Assembly (NCBI RefSeq): GCF_964355755.1
Contig: NC_092676.1
Span: forward strand, 25,066,871-25,130,870
Direction: 5' to 3'
DNA length: 64,000 nt
Source of the DNA: Antedon mediterranea
Lineage: Eukaryota; Animalia; Echinodermata
Below the pieces are notes generated by a model. That model made no database searches. It was not told the origin of the DNA and saw only the letters and a program-made list of their open reading frames with translations. The position numbers and the translations under genes are program-made. How positions within the stretch are numbered: position 1 is the stretch's first letter; the number at the start of each line of letters is the position of its first letter. Below, in pieces: positions 24,561 through 37,735 of this stretch.

Positions 24561-27500
24561 TCAAGGTTCCATTGGACCTGTATATACTGTATCAAAAAAA
24601 ACATAACAATGAATACAAGAACTTCTCAAATGTGAAACAAGCTCCTTATATGCCTAACCTCGAGGCACTAAAATAAACATGAATGTATTTATTTAAGCTT
24701 ACCTTCAGTAATAGTTTCTAAAGTTGCACAAGGTCCAAATGTCTCAATTTCCAGTTCAAAGTTTCTAAGGAGACAGGTATCTCGTTTCAGTTCACATGCT
24801 GAAGGGTATGTTACTCCATCTGTTCCACAAACTGGATGATCCGGGATTGTAGATCCTGGTTTTAAATTTAGTCTGCGGTTTGGCTTTTTACCTTTTGGTA
24901 TTCTGCCTTCTTGTCTACCGCCTTCTCGTCTACCGCCTTCTGATATTCCTCTTCCTGGTCTATCGTGCCCTTGACTACCACCTTCTCGTCTACCGGCTCC
25001 TGGTTTATTTGGTCTTGGGTTTCCCCGGTTGCCACCAACGGAAAATGGACATTTTACACAATACTGTTCTGGATCACCTAAGGAAAAAAAAATGCAATGC
25101 TAGTTATATATTATATATGTTACAATATATGGTATAGCAGAGGATGCTTGAATCAAAAGAAGTTATCATGAAGCCATAGAAGAGGTTCAAATTCCAAAAG
25201 TCCAAAACAATTTATTATCCACTATAAAGAAAGAACGCATATACAATTTTAAAAAATAATAATAATATAAAAATGAATACCTTGATCTTCAGTACATTCT
25301 CCCCTCTTTGCAATAGTTAAGAATATATCTACACATTTTGCTCTTTTGAAATCACATCGGCTGTATGTAACATTGTTACTGCCACAGATTACTACATCTG
25401 CTACAGTACGAGTTTCACATTCGTCATGCCGCATCTCACAAAGCTCTCGCCTTACTTCCCGATCTGTACAACAAAAAATAATACTTATATTTTGGTATTC
25501 ATTCAAAATAAGCATAGAAAAATAAAAAATGTATATATATAAATCCAAAGGCAAATTACTGAAAAAATGACAATGCTGTGGGTATCAGTGGCTGAATCTA
25601 AATGGATACAAAAAAATGCGAAAAGCTAAATCAAAACGATAAAGTAAACAGCCAGAAAAACACTATTCCTTCATCGGTGCAAGACTGATTCGGTGTACAC
25701 ATCTAGCTCATGTGCACTTTAAAGACTTTCGAGACGAGTAGGAGGTAACACTGGTTTACTAGTACACACACACATATCCACCGTCACTCACAGCCACTGA
25801 TCATAACTGGGCCCTCCGGGAGAACAGTCTTTAACTGAAGAGCCTACTCAGTATAAAGACAAAATAATAAATAAATAATACCTTGGTACAATATTTCTTC
25901 TCCACAATCACCGGGGTGTTCAACTGCAAGTTCTTCATCTTCAGTTTCACATTTGGCAGACAATAATTCGCAAAATGTTGTGTATGTCACACCATCTGTT
26001 CCACATACAGCGTTATCGAATTTGTCTTCACAGCTTTCACTCTTGTTACATACTACATCTATGTCTAATCCTGCTAAATCTACAATGTAAACATATCTTT
26101 ATTACATTATTGCTTGCTTTAGCGCTAAGGAAATATATTCCATCAAACAAAATATCATTCCCAAGGGGATGTCAAATCTTAAATTTACCCTCTAAGCATT
26201 AATTACAGACAATTCTAAAGTAGAAAAGTATAAGTAAGATGTATATTTCTTTTACACGGATTTATTTTTTAATTTTTTACCTTTTTATTTTTATATTTCA
26301 ACATAACAATTTAAAATGAAAATTAGGTACAAGTTGCAATAATTTGGCATCATAGCCATGTGTTTTACACACAGAAGAAAATACAATTTTAAGTCATATT
26401 TATGAACTTTTAAGAAATCCTAAACGTTTTCAACTCCACATAAGATAAAAAAGATATTAAAACGTTATAAAACCAAACAAAGACGTTTTTATAATAAAAT
26501 AATAATAAAACGTGACAATAAAACGTTTTTAAACGTTTTCAAAACTTCACAAATACACGTTTTTGAAACTTTATATTGAAACGTTTTATTACCAACGTTT
26601 GTTTAACGTTATCTAATCGTAACAATATTACGTTATCAAAACGTTTTTAAAACCAAACAAATACGTTTTTATAACATTTTTTCCAACGTAACATTGGGGC
26701 ACTTTTACCCCCGAAATTGACACTAGTACTTTGGCATTTTTAAACATACCTGGGCGTCCATGTGGTCTTGGACCACGTGATGGCCCGCGTCCACCGCCAG
26801 GAGATGGCCTAGCACAATCTTCAGTGCCACATGCACAAGGATAGTCAACCTCTACAGTCGAGTCATCTCCATAACATCTCACTTTCAGTAATTCACAGAG
26901 ATTTGAATATGTGTTTCCATCTGTGCCACAAACTTCTCTTTCGGATGTTGGACATGATTTGTCCTCTGGTATCCTGTCGCAATCCAGTTCTAAAATGTCA
27001 AAATAATGTCCCAATGAAATCAACGTCGTGTTCCTTAGATATCAATTCCAATTTATTTCCACAATATAACATACAATGAAAAAATAATGATAAACTAGTT
27101 TGTTAATAAATAAAATTGCATATAAATACAATGAAAAATATCACAGTCATGGGTACATACAAATTAACGTTTTTAAACAAGATATTAAAACGTTATAAAA
27201 CCAAACAAAGACGTTTTTATAATAAAATAATAATAAAATGTGATAATAAAACGTTTTTGAAACTTTATATTGAAACGTTTTATTACCAAATAAATGTTTT
27301 CACGCTGCTGCTCTAGCCAGCTACGTCCCATGAGGACTACTCATTCAGAAGCTAAAGCAAGCAGCAGTTATTATCTAAGGCCGACAGTTTTGCGACTTTG
27401 TAAACTCGACTAGAATTTATAGATCCCAGCTGCTGGATTAAAAAAAACGTCTGGGAAAAGAGAGTATATGAGGGCTCACGGCTGAACGATTTTGGATTCT

Positions 27501-30079
27501 TGCCCTTTGATTGGTTGACGCGAATCAACAGACTGGGAAGAATGTTCTCACTTGTACCGCCGTGAAGTCACGTTGTCTCTAGAGGGTATTCATGAGGTCA
27601 CACACACACAGCACTTTAAAGTTCAAAATTGACCATTTTTAAATGGACATGTGAATCATAATTAAAGAACTATCTTTGATTTGTATGTATTTTTGCAAAT
27701 AAAGGACATCTTTTTAATAATTAATCATAAATATATCTGAAGAAAGAACAATGATTAATTTTAAAATGTCGAGCAGCGTTTTTTGTAAGAAATATTTCTT
27801 GTTATACTAATCGTAACAATATTGCGTTATTTATACGTTTAAAAAACGTTTTATTACGTTATTAAAACGTATAATTAAAACGTTTTTAAAACCAAACAAA
27901 TACGTTTTTGTAACTTTTTTTTCAACTTTAAAATTGGGATCTACAATACCAACAGCCATGAGGCACTTTTACCCCGAAATTGACACTAGTATTTTGGCAT
28001 TTTTAAACATACCTGGGCGTCCATGTGGTCTTCGTCCACGTGATGGCCCGCGTCCATCACCAGGAGTTGGCCTAGCACAATCTTCAGTGCCACATGCACA
28101 AGGATAGTCAACCTCTACAGTCGAGTCATCTCCATAGCATCTCACTTTCAGTAATTCACAGAGATTTGAATATGTGTTTCCATCTGTGCCACAAACTTCT
28201 CTTTCGGATGTTGGACATGAGCTGTCCTCTTTTATCCTGTCGCAATCCAGTTCTAAAATGTGAAAATAATGTCCCAATGAAATCAACGTCGTGTTCCTTA
28301 GATATAAATTCCAATTTATTTCCACAATATAACATACATATAATATACAATGATAAAATACAGTAATGATAAACTAGTTTTTAAAACGTTTTATTACGTT
28401 ATTAAAACGTATAATTAAAACGTTTTTAAAACCAAACAAATACGTTTTTATAACGTTTTTTTCAACGTAAAATTGGGATCTACAATACCACCAGCCATGA
28501 GGCACTTTTACCCCAAAATTGACACTAGTATTTTGGCCTTTTTAAACATACCTGGGCGTCCATGTGGTCTTCGTCCAGGAGTTGGCCCAGCACGTCCTCC
28601 AGCACCATCGGGACGGCCAGCGCCATCGGGACGGCTAGCGCCATCGGGACGGCCAGCGCCATCGGGACGGCCAGCGCCATCGGGACGGCCGTTATCTAAT
28701 TGTAACAATATTGCGTTATTTATACGTTTAAAAAACGTTTTATTACGTTATTAAAACGTTTTTAAAAGCAAACAAATACGTTTTTATAACGTTTTTTTTT
28801 CAACGTAAAATTGGGATCTACAATACTACCAGCCATGAGGCACTTTTAAAGAAGAAATATAATTTATTAAAATCATTTTATTGAAACAAATTTTATTTAA
28901 AATGATAGGCCTATTAAGTCGAAAAGGTTTGAAAAAAGACATAAATAAGGACAAATATTGTAGCGCTTAATTACTTATTAAGTTACCTCGTTTGAAGCCA
29001 GGTCTTGGAGACGGTCTTTGCCTTTGTCCACTAGGAGTAGGTCTTACAGTGGGTCGTTTTCTTTCTCTTGGAGATGGCCTAGCACAATCGTCAGAGCCAC
29101 ATGCACAAGGATAGTCAACCTCTACAGTCGAGTCATCTCCATAACATTTCACTTTCATCAATTCACAGATATTTGAATATGTGTTTCCATCTGTGCCACA
29201 AACGTCTCTTTCGAATGGTGGACATGAGCTGTCCTCTGGTATCTTGTCGCAACTCAGTTCTAAAATGTGAAAATAATGTCCCAATGAAATCAATAGATAT
29301 CAATTCCAATTTATTTCCACAATATAACATGCATATAATATACAATGATAAAATAATGATAAACTAGTTTGTTAATAAATAAAATTGCATATAAATACAA
29401 TGAAAAATACCACAGTCATGGGGAGAGTCAAAAGACTTTAAGTAACCCGCCCCAGATATAATATTAACTACGAAAAAGAAAAAACTTACATAAACTAATA
29501 GAATTATTAATATTTAGGGAAAGATATTAATCAAAAGAATTAAGGATAAAAAAAAGATAAATAGATATAGTATTTCAGCTAAGACACCAAGCACTGGTCC
29601 AAATACCATTAACATTTTTTGTCTTTTTTATACTATACTTTATACTAATGTTGCATTATATTTCAAACTGTACTGTGATAGAGAAAGTTAAATCTCAATC
29701 AATGGCACAAAATACAGAAATGATACGAAACATACTCTCTTGTCACAGCGGTGTAATGTAATTCAGATCTCAGATCGATGTATACTGTATATAGCATTTT
29801 TACTGGGCTTAACTTTTACTAATTATATTTATTGCATTCTAATTATTATTAATATAGTAATTGGTTTAACATACCACGACGTTCACCATTGGGACCTTGT
29901 CTTCCAGCGCCATCGGGACGGCCAGCACCATCGGGACGGCCAGCGCCATCGGGACGGCCAGCGCCATCGGGACGGCCAGCACCATCGGGACGGCCACCAC
30001 CGAAACGTCTACCACCCAGTCCCTGGGCATCGATCATTGATGCGCACACTAACACCAGTATTAACAGATGTTTCATCAT
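24561..30079 (-). CDS. Secreted multi-Kazal (6 domains) Gly/Arg/Pro-rich repeat protein, paralog B
   Basis: Exons 30079-29875 (signal MMKHLLILVLVCASMIDA plus GRPDGA repeats), 29259-28987, 28695-28552, 28252-28013, 26989-26750, 26079-25882, 25463-25281, 25077-24703 and 24577-24561 (GPMEP*). Internal exon lengths are multiples of 3, phase 1-1, with an open frame throughout. Confidence 0.9.
25660..25875 (+). mobile_element. SINE fragment (same family as 43160)
   Basis: Shares GTACAC...TAGCTCATGTG(C/T)ACTTTAAAGA...CACAGCCACTG with 43270-43370; A-rich tail. Confidence 0.55.
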
Positions 30080-30154
30080 GCTTTTTGAAAAATTTAATAA
30101 TAACTGTTGTAAAATATTCTTTCGTCGAAGCATGAAGTTAACATTATTTTTACA

Positions 30155-30500
30155 AATGAATCCAAACTTCGTATAAGTCAAGTTATAATAAGCATTTCAA
30201 CGAATATGTTGCCTTTCTGTGCCTACTAAGGCCTACTTTTTACAAAATTAATCTAAACTTCGTATAAGTAAAGTTATAAGCATTTCAACGAAAAACGTCC
30301 TTTCTGTGCCTACTACAGTAATACTAAGGCCTACATTTTTCAAAAAGAATCTAAACTTTGTATAAGTCAAGTTATAATAAGTATTTCAAAGAATAACTTC
30401 TTTTCTGTACCTACTAACTAAGGCCTACTTTTTTTCAAAATGAATCTAAACTTTGTATAAGTAGTTATAAATATTTTCCCTTTCTGTGCCTACTAGGCCT
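30155..30500. repeat. ~90-bp tandem repeat in the first intron of gene B
   Basis: AATCTAAACTT(C/T)GTATAAGT...TTTCTGTGCCTACTA four times. Confidence 0.8.
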
Positions 30501-31031
30501 ACTATACCATACGCAACGTACTGTATTGTATTGAATTACTGATTTAAATAAATAATAATCAAAAGCTTATGATTGTGCCTGGAGACTACAAATAAGCCCA
30601 TGTGGGATTTCAATTAAGTCTCGATCCATAAAAGAAAGAACGAAATATTAAAGAACACACATTTTTAAATAAAAACCAGATTAAAAACAAATTGATGCAT
30701 AGTTGGAAATTTTTCATATCCAAATTAAATCCATGAAAATAAAATAATAATCCACGAAATTATAATAAATGGGTTGTTAAACGATAATTAATAGTTAATA
30801 TATAATTATATATAGTGAATTATAAGAATGCTAATTTAATATTTTTTTAAAACAAATAATTTGTCTAGTAGTAGTAGTAGTACAGTAATGTCATTTGTTT
30901 AAAGCTATCGGTTCATGGAGTAATACAAATAATTATATCAATATAAAAAATCGAGAACGACAAAGGCCTAAATAAAACTTAGGCCTACAATAATGACTTT
31001 AAACAATATAAAACAGAAAACAAAGACTTAC

Positions 31032-31255
31032 TTGGTCGAATTAAGTTGCCTTGTTGAAGAAAAATGTTTAATGCTGTTTGAGCTTCCAGCTCCAGAATGA
31101 TATGTTACGGAGCCGGTGTCTCTTTTTAAACCTTTCCAGCAACAATGAAAAAGAGGGAGGTGAAGTTATCGAAGGACCTGCGCATGACACAATGGTCAGA
31201 TACATTATTTCTCCATGATGAAACCAATAGATGCACTTCCCAACAACTACGTCAC
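31032..31255 (-). promoter_or_regulatory. Core promoter and non-coding exon 1 of Kazal gene B
   Basis: TTTAAAAAG ~31130-31122, Inr TCATTC (~31098), donor AA|GTAAGT at 31032, CCAAT and ACGTCA; paralogous to 17891-18110. Confidence 0.7.
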
Positions 31256-34200
31256 AACCTTGAAACGTTTAGTATTAAGTTTTTGACCTTATCTAAACTT
31301 TAATTGCATTAGCTCATTCGATAACGGGTTTTTGAATTTTTAAACAAAAACAACATTATACCAGGGAGTCAACTCCCTGATTATACTGCAGATTTAACTA
31401 ATCATATTAAAGCGATAAACTATTTTAATCGTTATTCATATAATTTTATTATAATATATATCTTAAGCTTTGATTAAAATCGTAACCTCGTTCAATTACT
31501 ATATTTATTAAACATAATATAATGACAACAGGGTAGATATCTATTGTTTTATACAACAAAGGTGTTTTATTGCATATAAAGTTCAATAACACCTCAAGGT
31601 AATTTGTTACGGCAAAAAAACAAAACAACGAAATATAGACAATATGTCCCAAGAAATCAACAAAGGTTTATTGGTCGACTATTCCTTTTTAATTGTACAG
31701 TATTTCAAGATGTAGGCCAACATGAAAAATGAAGATTAATAAAACAAAAATAAAAGATTTTGTTTCGTAGGTTTTATCAGTTTATCACCACCGTAGAAAA
31801 AAAAATCATTTTCACTTGTAAAAAGACAAAATAAACGGTTAAATTTAAACAAAAACTCATTGACTTCCAGTCAATTTGACTATTCATTCCGTTTTTCAGG
31901 TAAATAAATTGTTTTTTTGATCCAATTTTGGGTCAAAGTGAATAACTATTATGCGACATTAAAATAGCGTATTTTAAAAAATGGCAAATTAAAAAAAAAA
32001 TCATAGGCCTATCTGTTCTCAGTCAGTTATTCTTTACTCCATGGTTATTTTATATATAGGCCTAATATTTTGTTAACTGGATTAGTTGACATCCTTTTTG
32101 GGTCAACAAGTGTAACCTCAGAAAGACAAAAAAAATCTCATAGGCCTACAGGAAAAAAATACAAAAGAAGGTAAGGCTTCCATGGTGTAAAATCGGAAGT
32201 TTGGCTCAACAAAGTTCCCTCTTTTCTTTATCGCCCGCTCTATCTAAACGGTCTAAATCTAGGTATAATTTATCTGCTCAGTCTATCTAACTTATAGTCA
32301 CAAAACATGTGTGATGCGGCCAAAAATGGTAGCGATATGTTCAAATATGGGCGCATCACATAAAGTTTGATAGTGTAGAATAATGATCTTTGATGAATCA
32401 TTAATGTAGATGCGACAACGCAAATCAATATTCTCCTTCTGAAATTAACATTTTTTATTATAAATGGTAGGATGCATACAAAGGGTACAAATAAGGCCCC
32501 TGCTTTCCTTCCCGATTACGTCACAGCATGCGCTAAGACTTGACCATCAACAAAAACACACTGACCAATATATTATTATCCAAACATGTTTACAGAATAG
32601 TTTATAATATTCAATATTAAAATAATTAAAAACGTATATAATGTATGCATTTATTTATTTAATCATCAAATTATGGCTGCCATATGCTATTATTATAAAT
32701 GTTACCATTGGACTGATTTATCATAATATTGCAAGATTTGTCTCACAAATTACGTTCGTTCGTTGTTTTAAAATAGGATCTACTACCAGTACATCTTCAC
32801 AAGTAGGCCTATTACTATCATTTTATATGTAATTAAATTAAATAACGCGTAATTAAATTAAAGAACGTGTGCAAATAATTTATTACGCACGTTCCATGCA
32901 TCAGGTCACAACCCACGCGTTACACAACTGCTAATTTCTTGAGAGGTCAAGAATATCCCACCGTCGCAACCGGGGGGAACAGAATGATTAGCAATACAAA
33001 CAAATTAACTAGGCTTTATTGTATCCGGGTTTGATATCACGAGTTTATACAATAATAATTTATTCGGAAAACGCTTTTTGAACAGCGGCACACATAATAA
33101 TGGTGCATCCTTAAAACAATTAAACATGCAATACAAAAATATATGAGTATAAAAAAAAAGGTAGACTAGATTAAAACAGATAACATTCTGATAAAACAGA
33201 AGTTCGATAAAACCAAGTTAAAAATAAACTGTAATACTAATACCAATTAAATGCAACCCACATACATAACATTGGACACTAAATTAGCATATCAATTAGT
33301 GTATGAACAAAGGAATATACAGTACTTAGAATCTATGTTAAGATATACACACTCTTGATACACAGTGTCTACCAGCAAAAAAAAAAAAGGAAAATAGGAA
33401 TCCCAAATCAGGGACATCAATAAACAGGAAAGCATAGATTAGGTTAATTCAGCTATAGAGAATTATTCGATGACTGTAAACAGAATTGATAAAAATACAG
33501 TAAGATAACTAAACCAAATTACATACAATAAAAAATATAAAATATAAAAATCATTCAATAACTCTTCCAATTAAATTGTGAAAGTCCAAAATGGTGTTGA
33601 AGACTTTGTTTATGTAGAGCATCTTGTGTATATATTATGTTTGTCTTGTGAACCTCTGAGGGTTCCTAATGATCAATAATTGCTTGATGGATCACCCTCA
33701 TTAAATATGGTCCCAAAAAAATACAATAAATGTGATATTTCTCGGGAACAATACAAAACACAATACATAATTAGTGTTACCTGTGGCCTACAGGCTAATT
33801 GTTGTAATTTTATGCAAGTTGAAGTCTCTAGTGTCCATTTGTACGAATTAAAGAATACCTGGTTACTGATATAGGCCTAGTGATAGATTATCTGTACCTG
33901 GATATAACGCCAACCACATAAAAGGGGGTTTAGACGGAGGAAATATACACATAACCAAACATTATATTATAGTGGGGAACCTCATGTAATTCCGTTTTTT
34001 GTACTATAGTCTATAAGTTGTAACTTGTTATAAAGTTTAGTCTTTTTGTTTTCTTAGTATATAGGAATATATATTCCCATTGTTGTATTTTCTTGTTTGT
34101 TTCTTTGAACGCACCTTCACAAGTTGAAGTGTGCCACTGATAATAAATTATTATTATTAACACACACTATAATAGCATATGGCAACCATATTGGATTCCA

Positions 34201-36849
34201 AGATGGCCGCCATTAAAAATGTATATAATGTACGCATTTATCTATTTAATCATCAAATTATGGCTGCCATATGCAATTATTATAAATGTTATCATTGGAA
34301 TGATTTATCATAATATTGTAAGATTTGTCACACAAATTACGTTCGTACGTGGGTTAAAATAGGAGCTACTATCAGTTTTGATTAAAAAATGGGGGCCATT
34401 TTGAAATCCAAGATGGCGGCCAAAATAGGGTCGGGAAAAATTGGCCCTCAGTTGCAATGAATTCTACTAGTCCTAAGGATTCCAAAACTGACAAGAACTC
34501 AACTTGAGCATTAAAATCTCACGAAATTGATATTTGGAACATTAGGTTCCCCACCGTGATGTTTTATGCCCTATTGTAATCTTATAGACCTTTCTACGAT
34601 AGCCTTCCTTTCCTGAAACATCATCGATGGTTAAATACTCATTTCCTAAGAATCATAAAAGAACACATTTTGCTAAGTAAAGTTCGTTAAGAATTATCCA
34701 GTATGGTAAATATTCGCACATGTTTTGCCCAGTAGTTTAAATATATATGCAAAGGAGTTGCAGTCACGTGACCTAAACTTATCTTCTATTTAAAGTTTAG
34801 GTCACACCAGAGTCATTACATTTTTTTAAATGTCCCGTTTTAGGCCTATATTCAAAAAGAATGCAAAGTTTACAACGTGGGGACAGTGTAAAATATGCTG
34901 TTTATATCTTATTTACAATAACTTTATATTATATTAATTACTGACGGTGTATAAAAACCGGCGTTCATTGCAATCACGAGATTAGTGGGCGTGTGACACA
35001 GGGGCCTTATAATAATCTAATGATTAGTTTAAATCTTAATTACATCCGAAGGCCTCTTATTAAACTAGCCAGTCCAGCCTTTGGTCAAACAAGGTACTTA
35101 CACTATCAAACTAGTTTGATAAAAGTGTGATATGCCCAAATATGGTAGTGATATGACATAATCATGTCCATATATGGCACATTCCATTTTTTGTCACATA
35201 AAGTTTGATAGTGTAATCAGAGCTTAACGAGGCTACAAATGTTTCATAAAAACCAGTGATTACGTCATCGACAAAAATGTACATTACATTAGGTCTATGA
35301 CTTATATATAGTGTTATAAGATAGGACATTTACCAAAAGTAGCGGCTTGTAGAACTAGGCCTTAAGTTATTGAAAATCGGCACAAAAAAAAACAACTTTA
35401 AAAAATAGTGTTTTCACTTATAAAATGACAAATTAACGGTAGATTAAAAAACCCATTGGCTTCCAGTCAATTTGACTATTTTTTGTTTAAATTTAAATTA
35501 CAGTTTTTTCATGTAAATAGAATATTTTTTATTTCGATCCACTTTTTGACAAAAGTGAATAACTATTGTGACTTTAAAATGGCATATTCAACAAAAATGT
35601 TAAAACAATTTTTTTATATCTTAACTTATCAATCTATATTATATTATTTAATTTGTAAGCCCATTAAACAATTTTTTTATTTTTGTAAAGTTATTTATAT
35701 AGAAACTGGTTTATTTGTGGTTTCTATGTGGTGAATATGGACAACATAATTAAAGTCAAACATTATGACTGTAGGTAATTAACCTAGTTTCTCTACTTTT
35801 TTTAATATCTATATTTTAAAGCTATTCTAACATGTTATATATTATATCCTGACAATGACGTATTTACATTCAATTCAATATCCTAAAATATTTATTATTT
35901 TTCATATTTTTTTGTTCAGCTATTCTAAAATGTTACCGTATATTCTATCTTGCTAACAATAATTCTAAAACATTTTGTTAAAATACTATTACAATGTTAA
36001 AATGTTGTTAAAAAAGCAGCAATACGTCAACAGGTTGTTACGGTAGTGACTGGGCAAAAATGTAACAATGAAGTAATACCTCCACGTACAAACTAAGCCT
36101 AAAAAAGACAAAAATAAGTACATTTTTCGACTGACACGATTAAAAATAAAGATTATATACATGAAATTCATTAATTTTAATTATATTAATTGCTAAATGT
36201 GCGTACCCTCTATTATTGAAACACGTAAGAAGTTATAAGACTGGACATTTTCCATGAAAATTACGTAAGAAAATAAGACGAAACAAAAATGCTTTCGGGT
36301 GGCCTTCTGTGAAAATACGCTAAAGTCATCTAGCCTAGCGGATGTGTTGTCGGCTGATCAGTGACGAATTAGGACAATCCAGGGTGTATTGAAGGTATCG
36401 AGGTTAAAACACTTTAAACACCCACACAAAAAGTTCATAATGCCTGGAAGTTTTCATTTCTTGGATATACCTTCACACAGGTATACCATACCAACATTAC
36501 TGAGTAAACCTGTGAGTAATGTACTGGCATGTATGTGCACCTTAAATTGCCGGTAAACGGAAGCACTGGTGTGGGTGGGTTCGATTGACTGCTTTTATTT
36601 CGGATTTTTTTTTGCAAAATTTGTTTTTAGTTTCAAGGTTTGTAGTTTTCTTGGTTTTCACAAGCGCCTTGAGCACTTTGTGGATATGTGCGCTTTATAA
36701 ATCTTATTATTATCTTATCTTATTCGCTTACCTTCCATTCATCCATTCATGTTCATGTAAACGCGATTCCATAGCTCACTATGTGGTCGGTCGGTCGGTA
36801 TAAACACTAACTCAAATTTTTGCACACGCGACTAGCCATGTATGGCCGT

Positions 36850-37430
36850 GTTTCCATTCATTTCATTTATTTTCCATAACATACAAAATAATCATTTATT
36901 TTCCATAATATACAAAATAAAACAAGTTTATCGAAACTTTGATTAAGATTAAAAGGAAATAGTATAACATGGAAGGATGCCTTTATAGGACAAAATATCA
37001 CTTAAGCTAGGCATTTGAATGGCTACTATTAATACAAAATAGGTCTACAGTACAAAGTAAAAATGAAAGGAGGAAAGTAAAGATAAATGGCAGGATGTCA
37101 TCAATGATTGTGTAAACAATCGAGGTTTGTAACATTGGAAATGGAAAGTACCACAACAAAAAAATAAATAAAAAAATTCACGCAATCAATCAACAAAGAA
37201 TAAAGCAAAGAGATCAGTCGTCATATAAACCGAGATCAGAGTAGCTTTGAGATTATGCTTGAAACTAGAAATTGAGATTTAGATGAAATGGTTTTAAAGA
37301 GGGAATCCCATAATTTGGGGCCTCTATATAAAATATGATGTTGATGAAGACTGGAATTAGTTGGGGATTTAGAAATAGAAAAAGAACGAGTTTTGTGTTC
37401 GTGAATATCCGATGGTTTGTAAAGTAATGG
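36850..37430 (-). mobile_element. Degenerate LINE (CR1/L2-like) 3' end
   Basis: Minus-strand YRGPKLWDSL...SSFKHNLK remnant followed by an (AATG/AAAT) tail. Confidence 0.55.
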
Positions 37431-37735
37431 TGATCCATATTTGAAGCCTTTAAGGTCTATTTATTCAGGCCACATTTGAGGAAATGCCGCCGCAGGGAGG
37501 ATTCGAACCCGGCATATTCTGCTTGATAAGTAGTCAACATTGCTACAACCAGAAAATCATTAACACGCTATTATTATTTTGCCTTGTATAAATGAACGCC
37601 TTATAAACGTGTGCCGCTGATACAAAAGCGTTTGTTCAATATTAAAAGTTTATCGCTTATCACTCAAACAATTAAATCGCGATGGTCATTTCGCGATCAG
37701 CTGATCATTGAGTTACATAACTAACTAATACTTTA

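Noticed and set aside
12477-30079. Calling the Kazal genes agrin, follistatin or SPINK orthologs
   Set aside because: No NtA, laminin, EGF or SEA modules; short standalone genes with their own signal peptides and stops.
37486-37545. Reverse tRNA-like B-box (also 41335-41380)
   Set aside because: No complete cloverleaf; probably decayed SINE heads.
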